From the NCBI GenBank assembly GCA_964626515.1, contig CAZVGH010000002.1, positions 1 through 39,414 of the forward strand: 39,414 nucleotides of DNA. The letters run 5' to 3'. Source of the stretch: an uncultured Alistipes sp. GTDB taxonomy: Bacteria > Bacteroidota > Bacteroidia > Bacteroidales > Rikenellaceae. Under the pieces are notes generated by a model. The model saw only the letters and a list, made by a program, of their open reading frames with translations. It had not been told where the DNA came from and did not search any database. A program made the translations under genes and the position numbers. Below, piece after piece: positions 1 through 8,209 of this stretch; position 1 is the stretch's first letter, and each line of letters starts with the position of its first letter.

Positions 1-1020
1 GAGGAGAACTGCGGCTGCTGCGACAACTGCCGCAATCCCCGCCCGCGCGTCGAGGCGAAGACCTCGCTGCGCCTTGCGCTGCAGACGCTGCGCGATTTGG
101 GCGACAAATTCAAGGTCGACTACCTCATCAGCGTGCTGACGGGCAAGGTGACGGCCCTCGTCAAGAGCTACGGCCACCAGGACTCGAAATGGTTCGGCGC
201 GGGCGAGGATCACGATGCCCGCTACTGGGGTGCGGTGATGCGTGAGGCGCAGATCCTCGGCCTGATCGACAAGAACATCGAGAACTACGGCCTGATCTCG
301 ATCAACGCCAAGGGCGAGCAGTTCATCGCCCGCCCGCATTCGGTGCAGATTACGCTCGATCACGACTACGACGGCGAGCAGACGGCCGCCGAGGCGGCGG
401 CTCCCGCGGGCCGCGGCGGCGGGGTGGCGGACGAGGAGCTCTTCGCGATGCTCAAGGACCTGCGCAAGAAGGTGGCCAAGCAGCATGAGCTGCCCCCCTT
501 CGTGATTTTCCAGGATCCGTCGCTGGAGGATATGGCGATCCAATACCCGATCACGATCGAGGAGATGCAGAACATCACGGGTGTCGGCGCGGGCAAGGCG
601 AAGCGCTTCGGCGCGCAGTTCATCGCCCTGATCAAGGCCTACGTCGAGGAGAAGGAGATCATCCGTCCGCAGGATATGGTCGTGAAGGGCGTGGGCGCCA
701 AGTCGGGCAACAAGATCTTCATCATCCAGTCGATCGACCGCAAGATGGATTTCGAGGATATCGCCCGCGCCAAGAATCTCGATTTCGACGAGCTGCTCTC
801 CGAGATCGAGGGCATCGTCAACTCGGGTACGCACCTCGATATCTCCTACTACATCGACAGCTTTATGGATGAGGATAAGGTGGAGGACATCTACCTCTAT
901 TTCAAGGAGGATGCCGAGAGCGATTCGCTCGATGCGGCGATCGAGGAGCTGGGTTCGGACTACTCCGAGGAGGAGATCCGCCTCGTGCGCATCAAGTTCA
1001 TGTGCGAGATGGGCAATTGA
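1..1020 (+). CDS. recQ: DNA helicase RecQ, C-terminal part (truncated by window start)
   Basis: Frame is open from base 1 (EENCGCCDNC Zn-binding motif), followed by RQC winged helix and HRDC (LKDLRKKVAKQHELPPFVIFQD...GVGAGKAKRFG). Confidence 0.93.
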   Translation, partial: EENCGCCDNCRNPRPRVEAKTSLRLALQTLRDLGDKFKVDYLISVLTGKVTALVKSYGHQDSKWFGAGEDHDARYWGAVMREAQILGLIDKNIENYGLISINAKGEQFIARPHSVQITLDHDYDGEQTAAEAAAPAGRGGGVADEELFAMLKDLRKKVAKQHELPPFVIFQDPSLEDMAIQYPITIEEMQNITGVGAGKAKRFGAQFIALIKAYVEEKEIIRPQDMVVKGVGAKSGNKIFIIQSIDRKMDFEDIARAKNLDFDELLSEIEGIVNSGTHLDISYYIDSFMDEDKVEDIYLYFKEDAESDSLDAAIEELGSDYSEEEIRLVRIKFMCEMGN

Positions 1021-1055
1021 TACGCCCCTTCTGCCGAACGAAGAAGAACAGACGA

Positions 1056-1289
1056 ATGAAGATACGATTCGATTGGATGCAGCTCGTGCGGCTGCTGGTG
1101 ATGGTCGTGGCGGTCGCCGCCGTGATCTATGCGTTGGAATACATGCCCTCCTCGCCGTGGATGTGGGTGTCGGTCGGGGTGCTGCTCGTCGGCTTTATGC
1201 TGATGCTCTTCGCCTTCCGCGTGGCGCAGCGGCAGCGAAATGCACGCCGCGGGACGCCGCGTGAAACCATCAAACGGCGACGGTCATGA
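1056..1289 (+). CDS. Small two-TM membrane protein, hypothetical
   Basis: ATG at 1056; two hydrophobic stretches and a basic tail; stop overlaps the rsmA start (ATGA). Confidence 0.6.
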   Translation: MKIRFDWMQLVRLLVMVVAVAAVIYALEYMPSSPWMWVSVGVLLVGFMLMLFAFRVAQRQRNARRGTPRETIKRRRS

Positions 1290-2074
1290 CGGAGGTTCGG
1301 GCGAAAAAGGCGCTGGGCCAGCACTTTCTGGTCGATCTGAACATCGCGCGCAAGATTTGCGACGCCCTCTCGGGCGGCACCGCCGAACTGCCTGCCGAGG
1401 TACTCGAGGTGGGGTGCGGCATGGGCGTGCTGACGCAGTTTCTGCTGGCGCGCAAGGAGCTGCGGACATGGGGAGCCGAGATCGACACGGAGAGCGTCGA
1501 CTACCTGCATGCGCACTATCCCGACTTTGCGCCGCGGCTGATCGAGGGCGATTTCCTGAAACTCGACCTGCGTGCACGCTTCGCGGAGGGATTGCGGCTG
1601 ATCGGCAATTTCCCGTATAACATCTCCTCGCAAATCTTTTTCAAACTGCTCGAAAACAGGGATCTGATTCCCGAATGCGTCGGCATGATCCAGAAGGAGG
1701 TGGCGGTGCGCATCGCCGAGCCGCCCGGTTCGCGCGAGTACGGCATCCTTTCGGTGCTGTTGCAGGCGTGGTACGACATCGAATACCTCTTTACGGTCAA
1801 CGAAACGGTCTTCGCGCCGCCTCCGAAGGTGAAGAGCGCCGTGATCCGCCTGCGCCGCAACGGCGTCGCACGGCTCGACTGCGACGAAGAGTTGTTCGTC
1901 AAGGTGGTGAAGGCCGCCTTCGGACAACGCCGCAAGATGGTCCGCAATGCCTTGAAGGCCGCTTTCGGCGACTTCGGTGGAGCCGAACATCCCTTCTTCT
2001 CGCAGCGCGCCGAGCAGCTTTCGGTCGCCGATTTCGTCGAACTGACCCGCTGGGTGGAGGAGCACCGGCGATAG
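1286..2074 (+). CDS. rsmA: 16S rRNA adenine dimethyltransferase RsmA/KsgA
   Basis: AKKALGQHFL, LEVGCGMG, GNFPYNIS, PPPKVKSAV, FGQRRK motifs. Confidence 0.96.
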   Translation: MTEVRAKKALGQHFLVDLNIARKICDALSGGTAELPAEVLEVGCGMGVLTQFLLARKELRTWGAEIDTESVDYLHAHYPDFAPRLIEGDFLKLDLRARFAEGLRLIGNFPYNISSQIFFKLLENRDLIPECVGMIQKEVAVRIAEPPGSREYGILSVLLQAWYDIEYLFTVNETVFAPPPKVKSAVIRLRRNGVARLDCDEELFVKVVKAAFGQRRKMVRNALKAAFGDFGGAEHPFFSQRAEQLSVADFVELTRWVEEHRR

Positions 2075-2102
2075 GATGCCGAGAGGGCCTGTATCTGAAA
2101 CA

Positions 2103-2146
2103 CCCCGCCGAAGATTGCTGTAACGCGATTCGCGGCGGGGTTCTTT
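2103..2146. terminator. Probable intrinsic terminator between convergent rsmA and repressor gene
   Basis: CCCCGCCG / CGGCGGGG stem followed by TTCTTT. Confidence 0.55.
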
Positions 2147-2166
2147 GTGCCGTTCGGTGCCGGTGT

Positions 2167-2598
2167 TCAGACGTTTCGGAAGAGGCCGTCGATTCCTTCG
2201 CTGCCGTGTTTCGTCAGCCGGTCGACGATGAGCCCGATCAAATCGTTCTGGGCCTCGATTTTACTTTGCAGCCGCATATTTTCCTGCGTCAGTTGCTCGA
2301 TGCGCTGCAGCAGCCCTTCGTCTGCGTCCGCCTCCCCGAAATCCGGCCAGACGCTCTGTTCGCAGCCTTGTGCCAGGATCATCGGGCCGCGCCCCGTCAG
2401 CAGCCAGGAGAGATTCGCATCCGGAATCATAGTTATTATTTTTTCCATTGCATGGGAGTTTAGGGCAGAATTTTTTGCTTTTCCTTTGAAACTGCCGTAT
2501 GTCATGCCGATTCTGGTGCAGAAATCTTCCAGAGTGTACCCCTTGAAATTGGCCAGAAAGAGGCAGCGCTCCTTGATGTTGGAAAGATTATTATCCAT
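2167..2598 (-). CDS. CI/XRE-like helix-turn-helix repressor with C-terminal coiled coil
   Basis: N-terminal HTH ending in NLSWLLTGRGPM (typical WLLTGxGxM); heptad-like LLQRIEQLTQENMRLQSKIE; no S24 peptidase domain; lower GC than neighbours. Confidence 0.8.
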   Translation of the reverse strand: MDNNLSNIKERCLFLANFKGYTLEDFCTRIGMTYGSFKGKAKNSALNSHAMEKIITMIPDANLSWLLTGRGPMILAQGCEQSVWPDFGEADADEGLLQRIEQLTQENMRLQSKIEAQNDLIGLIVDRLTKHGSEGIDGLFRNV

Positions 2599-2612
2599 TT
2601 ATATTGGATTTG

Positions 2613-2626
2613 GAAAATATATTTTC
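2613..2626. promoter_or_regulatory. Perfect 14-bp palindrome, candidate operator
   Basis: GAAAATATATTTTC is its own reverse complement and lies 15 bp upstream of the repressor ATG. Confidence 0.5.
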
Positions 2627-2634
2627 TATCTTTG
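2627..2634 (+). promoter_or_regulatory. Bacteroidota -7 promoter element, rightward
   Basis: TATCTTTG matches TAnnTTTG; ATTG lies 20 nt upstream. Confidence 0.5.
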
Positions 2635-2663
2635 TTCATGGTTTCGAGGCGGGGCCTCTGCGA

Positions 2664-2671
2664 CAAATATA
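2664..2671 (-). promoter_or_regulatory. -7 promoter element for the repressor gene
   Basis: TATATTTG on the minus strand, about 65 nt before the ATG. Confidence 0.55.
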
Positions 2672-2910
2672 CGAATTAAAATCGAATAAGGGCATGAATA
2701 AGTGCTTGTCGGAGGAGCTTCGGGTGGCAGCCGGATAAACAACCGCCCCGCCGTACCGGTGGCACGGCGGGGAACGGCCCGCTCCTGTTTGATCGCAGCG
2801 TGAACCGGTGCATAAGGGCACCGGCTGTTCGGAAGATTGCAACGAATACACCCGTCGTCGTGCCGCAGAGCGGCGGGCGACGATGGCGGTGACTGAACAA
2901 AAGAGCCCGC

Positions 2911-3140
2911 AAATAAAAAGGGGCGCGGTGTCAGCCTCTGCATGTAGGTCTTGGGAACCCGAATCCGGCAGCTGTCCTGCGCCCTTGTTTGTTCCGCCCT
3001 TTGTGAGCGGAACATAACAAGGACCGACAACTATTATACCCAGATTAAACAACCTCCGTGCGGAGGGTCCCAAGTTTACATGCAGATATAAAGAGTTGCT
3101 TACCCTTTATGATATAGCTCGTCGACCGGCGATCGACGAC
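2911..3140 (-). ncRNA. Structured leader/antisense-attenuator RNA, copy 1 (C4/CI-like architecture)
   Basis: Lies downstream of -7 box 3146-3153; hairpins 3119-3139, 3088-3110, 2983-3022; blocks 3068-3086 complementary to 2937-2956; closing stem GGGCGC/GCGCCC plus U-tract. G-U pairs favour the minus strand. Confidence 0.65.
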
Positions 3141-3145
3141 GATTG

Positions 3146-3153
3146 CAAAGATA
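3146..3153 (-). promoter_or_regulatory. -7 promoter element upstream of structured RNA copy 1
   Basis: TATCTTTG on the minus strand in an AT-rich patch. Confidence 0.55.
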
Positions 3154-3564
3154 AGATAAATTTTTGCATCCGCCGCGCCCCGCTGCAAAAAATATGGAGG
3201 CGCTCCGTTGCTTTTTCCGCTTGCGCGGCGTGCGGACTGCGGTATGCGGCAGTCCGCTGCGACGACTGCCGGCTTGCGTGTCGGTTGCCGCGGGAAGGCG
3301 AAGACCCGTTTGTCGGATTTGTCGCAGGAGCGGCGGCAGCGGAGCCGGCTTTTGGACTGCGGGCAGCAGCAGTCCCGCGGCTGAGGCCCGCCGCTTCAGG
3401 TAGTGTCGTCGTACATTTTCCGCAGACTGTGCTCTGCGGGCATACGGCCGAAAACGACGGCGCCATGCGTTCGGTCGGGCAGCGGGGAAGGAAGCGGGCA
3501 GGAGAGAACGGGGCAGGATGCGGGCAAGAGAACGAGGCATGACAGCTGCTCCCGGTTCCTCCGT

Positions 3565-3602
3565 AAAAACAAGACGGGACATGTCTGTTGACATGCCCCG
3601 TC
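3565..3602 (-). terminator. Intrinsic terminator of rplU-rpmA
   Basis: Minus strand GACGGGGCATGTC-AACA-GACATGTCCCGTC followed by TTGTTTTT. Confidence 0.75.
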
Positions 3603-3623
3603 GGATTCGTGTGTCGCAAGCGC

Positions 3624-3884
3624 TTACTCGCTCAGCGGCATAACGCTTACATAGGACTTGTTCTCGCCCTTCTTGCAGAACGAAACCGTTCCGTCTACGA
3701 GCGCAAACAGCGTATGGTCTTTGCCCATACCTACATTCTCACCGGCGTTGTGTACCGTACCGCGCTGACGAACGATGATGTTGCCCGCCTTGGCGAACTG
3801 GCCGCCGAACAGTTTGATGCCGAGTCGCTTGCTTTCCGACTCACGGCCGTTCTTCGAACTACCTACACCTTTCTTGTGTGCCAT
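3624..3884 (-). CDS. rpmA: 50S ribosomal protein L27
   Basis: [22 protein letters not shown]...IIVRQRGT. Confidence 0.98.
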   Translation of the reverse strand: MAHKKGVGSSKNGRESESKRLGIKLFGGQFAKAGNIIVRQRGTVHNAGENVGMGKDHTLFALVDGTVSFCKKGENKSYVSVMPLSE

Positions 3885-3906
3885 TGTGCTACTTCGTTTT
3901 TAAGGG

Positions 3907-4218
3907 TTACGCAACGATTTCCTCCACGAGAATCTGGGTCAGATACTGACGGTGACCGTTGCACTTCTGATAGCCCGTTCTGCGCTTCTTCTTGAAGACC
4001 AGGACCTTGTCGTCCTTCAGGTGCTTCAGGATCTTGCACTTTACTGCGGCGCCTTCTACTACAGGTGCGCCGACTTTAACCTGACCGTCGTTGTCTGCAA
4101 GCAGGACTTTGTCGAAGCTCACGGACGAATCAACTTCGCCCTGAAGACGGTGTACATAGAGCTTCCGACCCTTTTCAGCTTTGAATTGCTGACCTGCGAT
4201 TTCTACGATAACGTACAT
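3907..4218 (-). CDS. rplU: 50S ribosomal protein L21
   Basis: [13 protein letters not shown]...[10 protein letters not shown]...GHRQ. Confidence 0.98.
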   Translation of the reverse strand: MYVIVEIAGQQFKAEKGRKLYVHRLQGEVDSSVSFDKVLLADNDGQVKVGAPVVEGAAVKCKILKHLKDDKVLVFKKKRRTGYQKCNGHRQYLTQILVEEIVA

Positions 4219-4259
4219 TGAATTGCAATAGTTAGTGTTCGAAACACATTTTTGGTCTG

Positions 4260-4291
4260 CAAATGTACGCCCTTTTTATCGGATAAACAAA
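4260..4291 (-). promoter_or_regulatory. Primary-sigma promoter of rplU
   Basis: TTTG (4291-4288), 20-nt spacer, TACATTTG (4267-4260). Confidence 0.75.
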
Positions 4292-4457
4292 TATTCCGCA
4301 ACTTTTTTTCGCCGTGCCGCCCGCAACCTTTTCCGCCTGCCCTTTGTCCGCCTTTCCGTCCGCCTTTGGCGATCTGCGTGCGGCCCGCTCCGCCGTTCGG
4401 GGCCGCGTCGGGACCGGCGTGCGCGGGAGTGTGCCGCAAAGAGGCTCGCAGCGGGTT

Positions 4458-4474
4458 TTGGCACGGTTTTGGGC
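4458..4474 (+). promoter_or_regulatory. Possible sigma-54 (-24/-12) promoter
   Basis: TTGGCACGGTTTTGGGC: good -24 TGGCACG, imperfect -12; about 35 nt before ATG 4510. Confidence 0.4.
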
Positions 4475-4509
4475 AGTTGCTCCGTTCCGTGTGAAAAGCG
4501 TCAGCCCTC

Positions 4510-4881
4510 ATGAACTCCGTACCGCGCATATTGATCTTCTCGTCGGACGACCTGCTCGCCGAACTGGTCTGCACGTCGCTGACGGGGCTCGAGGCGGAGA
4601 TCCGGATCGTCTCGGACCTCGAGAGCTTCGAACGCCTCACCGCCCGCCAGCTCTTCGATCTGGTGATCGCCCTCGAGGTCTGGCCCTTCTGCTGCGGCGC
4701 CGAGGTGCTGCGGCGGCTGCGCCCCGAGCGGCTGCGGCGTCCCGCGATTTACGTCGTCTCGTGGCAGCAGAGCGAACAGACGGTCCTCGGCCTGCTCGAG
4801 TGCGGCGTGGACCAGTACATGACCTTCCCGCTCAATCTGATGCGCCTGCGCGGCAAGGTGATCGGCGCCCTGAACCGATGA
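4510..4881 (+). CDS. Stand-alone atypical (pseudo-)receiver domain protein
   Basis: CheY-like layout (RILIF, FDLVI, GAEVLRRLR, GVDQYMTFP) lacking the phosphoacceptor Asp and conserved Lys. Confidence 0.7.
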   Translation: MNSVPRILIFSSDDLLAELVCTSLTGLEAEIRIVSDLESFERLTARQLFDLVIALEVWPFCCGAEVLRRLRPERLRRPAIYVVSWQQSEQTVLGLLECGVDQYMTFPLNLMRLRGKVIGALNR

Positions 4882-5822
4882 TCCGTCTCCTTTATATATC
4901 CTATGCTGCGCTGCTCGGCGCTGCGGCCGTTCTGCTCGCCGTGCGGATTTGCGGCACGGCGCTCGGCCGCCGGCGCGGCCAGCGCGAGCGGCTGCTGTGC
5001 CGCTATGCGGTCCGTCAGATCGTCTCGGCCCAGCTGTCCGACGCTCCCTCGACGGTGTTGCTGCCGCTGCGGCGGATCGTCGGACGGCGGCGCCGCCTCT
5101 GCGAACTGCTCTCCGAGCTGGCGGCCGCCACCTACGGCCTCGACACCGCTCCCGTGCGGCAGATCGTGCGGAGTTACGGATTGGAGCGGTGGCTGTTGCG
5201 GCGCATCCGCTTCAGCCGCGGCTGCCGCCGCGCCCGCTATCTGAAATGGCTCTCCGATCTGCCTGTCGGCGAGGAGGCGGCCCGTGCCGCCGCCCGCTGC
5301 CTCGCCGATCCGTGCCGGGAGGTGCGTTTTTGCGCTCTGCTCGTGCAGATCGTCGCCGATCCGCAGCAGGTGCTGCGGACGATCGCCGGTTTCGATCCCC
5401 CGCTGACCGACGGCGAGACGGCAGAGGTGCTCCATTTGCTGCGGCGCGGCCTGCTGCCGATCGCCTATCAGCCGCTGCTCGAGTCCGACAACGGCAACCT
5501 GCGCCGCCTCGGGCTGGCCATCGTCGAGCGTTTCGGCATCGAGGAGGCGGAGTCGACCCTGCTGCGGATCGTCGGCGGGGCGGATGCCGCCTGCGCGCAG
5601 GCGGCCCTGCGGGCCCTCGTGTCGATGCACCGTTCGCTGCGCCACCGCGAGGTGACGGCCTGCGTGCGCCGCATGAACGTCGCCGAACGCCGCTCGCTGC
5701 TGCGGATGCTGGCCCGCGAGGGGTATGCGGTCCCCTCGGTGCGGCACCTCTGCGCCGCGGACGAGGAGGCCCGCTACGAGGCGCTTGTCGGATCCTATAA
5801 ACGGCAGCTGGCATGGTCGTGA
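4878..5822 (+). CDS. Membrane-anchored HEAT-repeat-like protein
   Basis: ATG overlaps upstream TGA; N-terminal TM; repeats such as LADPCREVRFCALL and LLESDNGNLRRLGLAIV. Confidence 0.65.
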   Translation: MIRLLYISYAALLGAAAVLLAVRICGTALGRRRGQRERLLCRYAVRQIVSAQLSDAPSTVLLPLRRIVGRRRRLCELLSELAAATYGLDTAPVRQIVRSYGLERWLLRRIRFSRGCRRARYLKWLSDLPVGEEAARAAARCLADPCREVRFCALLVQIVADPQQVLRTIAGFDPPLTDGETAEVLHLLRRGLLPIAYQPLLESDNGNLRRLGLAIVERFGIEEAESTLLRIVGGADAACAQAALRALVSMHRSLRHREVTACVRRMNVAERRSLLRMLAREGYAVPSVRHLCAADEEARYEALVGSYKRQLAWS

Positions 5823-6643
5823 CAGGGGTGTTGCTGGCGGTCGCGGCGGCGGTCGCCCTGGGATGGACGCTGCGCTCGGAACGCGCCTTCGCCCGCCGCC
5901 GCCTGCTGCTTTCGATGCACGGCGCGCGGGCCGATGCGGTCGGCGGCATCGGCCTCTCGGTGTTGCTCCCCGAGGGGGTGACGCCGCGGCTGGCGGAGGA
6001 GCTGCTGTCGACCGAATACGCGCTCTTCGAGGTGGTCGCCGTGGTCGACGGCCTCTCCGATCCCGCGCTGCTGGCGCAGCTCGCGGCCCGCTACCGCCTC
6101 TTTCGGGTGAGTGCACCGCCCGCCGACGGCACGCGGGCGCTCTACCGCTCGCGCAAGCGCCGCTTCCGCCGCTTCGTGCTGCTCGACCGTCCCGCGACGG
6201 ACCGAAGACGTGCCTGCCGCGCCGCCGCTGAAGCGGCGACCTACGACTATCTGCTGCCCCTGCGGCCGAACGAGCGGCTCACCTGCGGCGCTGTCGAACG
6301 CGTGGTCTGCGAGCTGGCGGCCGCCTCCGGGACCGCCGTGCTGCGGTCGCTGTCGGGGGCGCGGGGGCGGGTATTCTGTCGGGCGGCCTTCGGGGCGGCC
6401 TGCCGCGGCAAACGGTCGGGGCGGCTGCTGCGGCCGTGCCGGACCCTCTGCGATCCGATCACCGTGCGGCGGCGTCCGCCGCGGGCGCTGCGTCGTGCGG
6501 GGTGGGCGGCCGCCGCGGTGACGGCAGCCGCCGGTGCCGCCGCTGCGCCTGCGTGGTGGGTCGCCGTCGCATGGGTGCTCACGCTGCTGGTCGTGCTGCT
6601 CGCCGCGGTGCGGATCGGACAGCTGCGCCGCACCTGCGGATAG
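5813..6643 (+). CDS. Degenerate glycosyltransferase family 2-like membrane protein
   Basis: GLSVLLP, LLSTEYALFEVVAVVDG, RALYRSR...FVLLDR resemble a GT2 N-terminal half; no DXD or QxxRW; N- and C-terminal TM segments. Confidence 0.6.
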   Translation: MVVTGVLLAVAAAVALGWTLRSERAFARRRLLLSMHGARADAVGGIGLSVLLPEGVTPRLAEELLSTEYALFEVVAVVDGLSDPALLAQLAARYRLFRVSAPPADGTRALYRSRKRRFRRFVLLDRPATDRRRACRAAAEAATYDYLLPLRPNERLTCGAVERVVCELAAASGTAVLRSLSGARGRVFCRAAFGAACRGKRSGRLLRPCRTLCDPITVRRRPPRALRRAGWAAAAVTAAAGAAAAPAWWVAVAWVLTLLVVLLAAVRIGQLRRTCG

Positions 6644-6727
6644 CGGGGCGGATTTTGTAAAATAAACGCGGAAAAACGGTGGAATATTTATAAATTTTGT
6701 TATCTTTACAGCACGATACCCGAAAAA

Positions 6728-7603
6728 ATGAACGCTTCCAACCATTTCGACGCGGAACTCGAAACGAGTATCCGATCCATCCTGCTGCCTGCCATGTTCA
6801 ATGCGGCGGTGCGGGCGGGAGCCGCCATCATGCAGGTGCACGGCCGTCGCGAGGATTACGACATCGGGCTGCGGAACGACCGCACCCCCATCACGCTGGC
6901 CGACCGCATGGCTCACCGCACGATCCGCGAGGCGCTCGGTTCGACCCGCATCCCGATCCTGAGCGAGGAGGGGCGCGAGATGCGCTACGACGAGCGCCGC
7001 AACTGGGAACTCTACTGGCTGGTCGACCCGCTGGACGGCACGGCCGAGTTTATCGACGGTTACAACGAGTTCACGGTCAACATCGCCCTCATGTCGCACA
7101 ACACCTGCGTCGGGGCGGTGATCTACGTTCCCTATTTCGAGAAGATGTACGTCGCGGGGCGGGGCTTCGGCGCCGCGCTGCGCGAGCATGTGCCCCCCGC
7201 GGCTGATGCGGCTTATACCTTCGAGGAGCTGCGGGCCGACTGGCGCCCCCTGCCGCTGACGGACGAAGTGCCGCACGAGGGGCTGCGCGTCGCCGTCTCG
7301 CGCCTGCACTGCACGCCCGAGACCGAGGCGCACATCGCGCGGCTGCGGGCTGCGCATCCCGATCTGGAGATCGTCGAGCAGGGCAGCTCGTACAAGTTCT
7401 GCATGCTGGCCGAGGGGACGGTCGACTACTACGTCCGCACGTCGCAGACCTACGAATGGGATACGGCGGCCGGCGAGCTGATCCTCGCCGAGGCGGGAGG
7501 CCGCACGCGGCTGCTCGGAGAGGACCGGGAGCTGTGCTACAACGAGGAGGATCTGCGGAATCCGTGGTTCGTCTGTCGTTCGAAGTTCTGCCCTGTCGAA
7601 TAA
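6728..7603 (+). CDS. cysQ: 3'(2'),5'-bisphosphate nucleotidase CysQ
   Basis: PITLAD, LSEE, WLVDPLDGTAEF, GSSYKFC, WDTAAG motifs. Confidence 0.9.
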   Translation: MNASNHFDAELETSIRSILLPAMFNAAVRAGAAIMQVHGRREDYDIGLRNDRTPITLADRMAHRTIREALGSTRIPILSEEGREMRYDERRNWELYWLVDPLDGTAEFIDGYNEFTVNIALMSHNTCVGAVIYVPYFEKMYVAGRGFGAALREHVPPAADAAYTFEELRADWRPLPLTDEVPHEGLRVAVSRLHCTPETEAHIARLRAAHPDLEIVEQGSSYKFCMLAEGTVDYYVRTSQTYEWDTAAGELILAEAGGRTRLLGEDRELCYNEEDLRNPWFVCRSKFCPVE

Positions 7604-7643
7604 GCGCGCCTTTTCGTAAATAAAAAGTTCACATACCCGAGAG

Positions 7644-7675
7644 AGGGCGCCCGACGGATCGAAGTCGGGCGTCTT
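7644..7675. terminator. Hairpin between convergent genes, probable terminator
   Basis: AGGGCGCCCGAC / GTCGGGCGTCTT stem. Confidence 0.5.
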
Positions 7676-7766
7676 CGCTTGGGGTGTACGGACGAGGGGG
7701 CGGGAAAGCGGATGCGGGACGCGGTTTGCCCGGCTGCCGCTGCCGAAGCGGCGTCGGGCGGCGCGC

Positions 7767-8033
7767 CTACTCCCGGTTCGACGGAATGTCGCAGGCGCCG
7801 CAGTTGCCCGAGCAGCCCGCGAGGGGCGAGGCGCTCTCCGAGCAGGAGGCCGTGCCGTCGGCCTCGCGCGTCTCCTGCACGGCGCACTTGATGCCGAGGC
7901 GCTGCATCTCCTTGTTGGTCGAGATTTCGGAGTCGATGTGGTGCCCCTTGATGAGGAGCGTCAGCGAAAGACCGACGACGAAGAAGCCGACGGCGGCGAC
8001 GGAGATGAGAATGACAAGCAGCCAGTTCGGCAT
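7767..8033 (-). CDS. Small membrane protein with Cys-rich C-terminus
   Basis: N-terminal TM; C-terminal CSGNCGAC; consensus promoter just upstream. Confidence 0.7.
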   Translation of the reverse strand: MPNWLLVILISVAAVGFFVVGLSLTLLIKGHHIDSEISTNKEMQRLGIKCAVQETREADGTASCSESASPLAGCSGNCGACDIPSNRE

Positions 8034-8060
8034 GGTTCGGCGGTTTTTTGAAGAATAAAA

Positions 8061-8108
8061 TTTGGGCTTTCGACCGCAAATTTATATATTTGTCGATTAA
8101 AATGCAAA
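8061..8108. promoter_or_regulatory. Overlapping divergent promoter pair
   Basis: Plus: TTTG 8061-8064, N20, TATATTTG 8085-8092. Minus: TTTG 8108-8105, N20, TAAATTTG 8084-8077. Confidence 0.75.
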
Positions 8109-8209
8109 CCTCGTTCCGCGCCGGTCGGAAAGGGCCGCGCGACGTGCAAAAAAGGCGCTGCGACGGCCGGCGGCTGCGCGGACGGGTTGCGTAAACTTCG
8201 ATACAGACC

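Noticed and set aside
2911-3140. 6S RNA, SRP, tmRNA, RNase P or tRNA identity for the structured RNA
   Set aside because: No hallmark sequences recognised, and a second congruent copy acts as a gene leader. An Rfam scan is still needed.
2167-3600. Intact prophage or mobile element
   Set aside because: No integrase, transposase, att repeats or structural genes seen.
2626-3619. Several overlapping 60-170 aa ORFs between the repressor and rpmA
   Set aside because: No motifs, mutually overlapping and crossing promoters and hairpins; RNA structure explains 2911-3140 better.
3624-4218. No prp protease gene between rplU and rpmA
   Set aside because: L27 begins MAHKK without the N-terminal extension; normal for this phylum.
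4314-4877. N-terminal extension of the 502-aa ORF
   Set aside because: Overlaps the receiver gene; the coupled ATG at 4878 precedes a TM segment.
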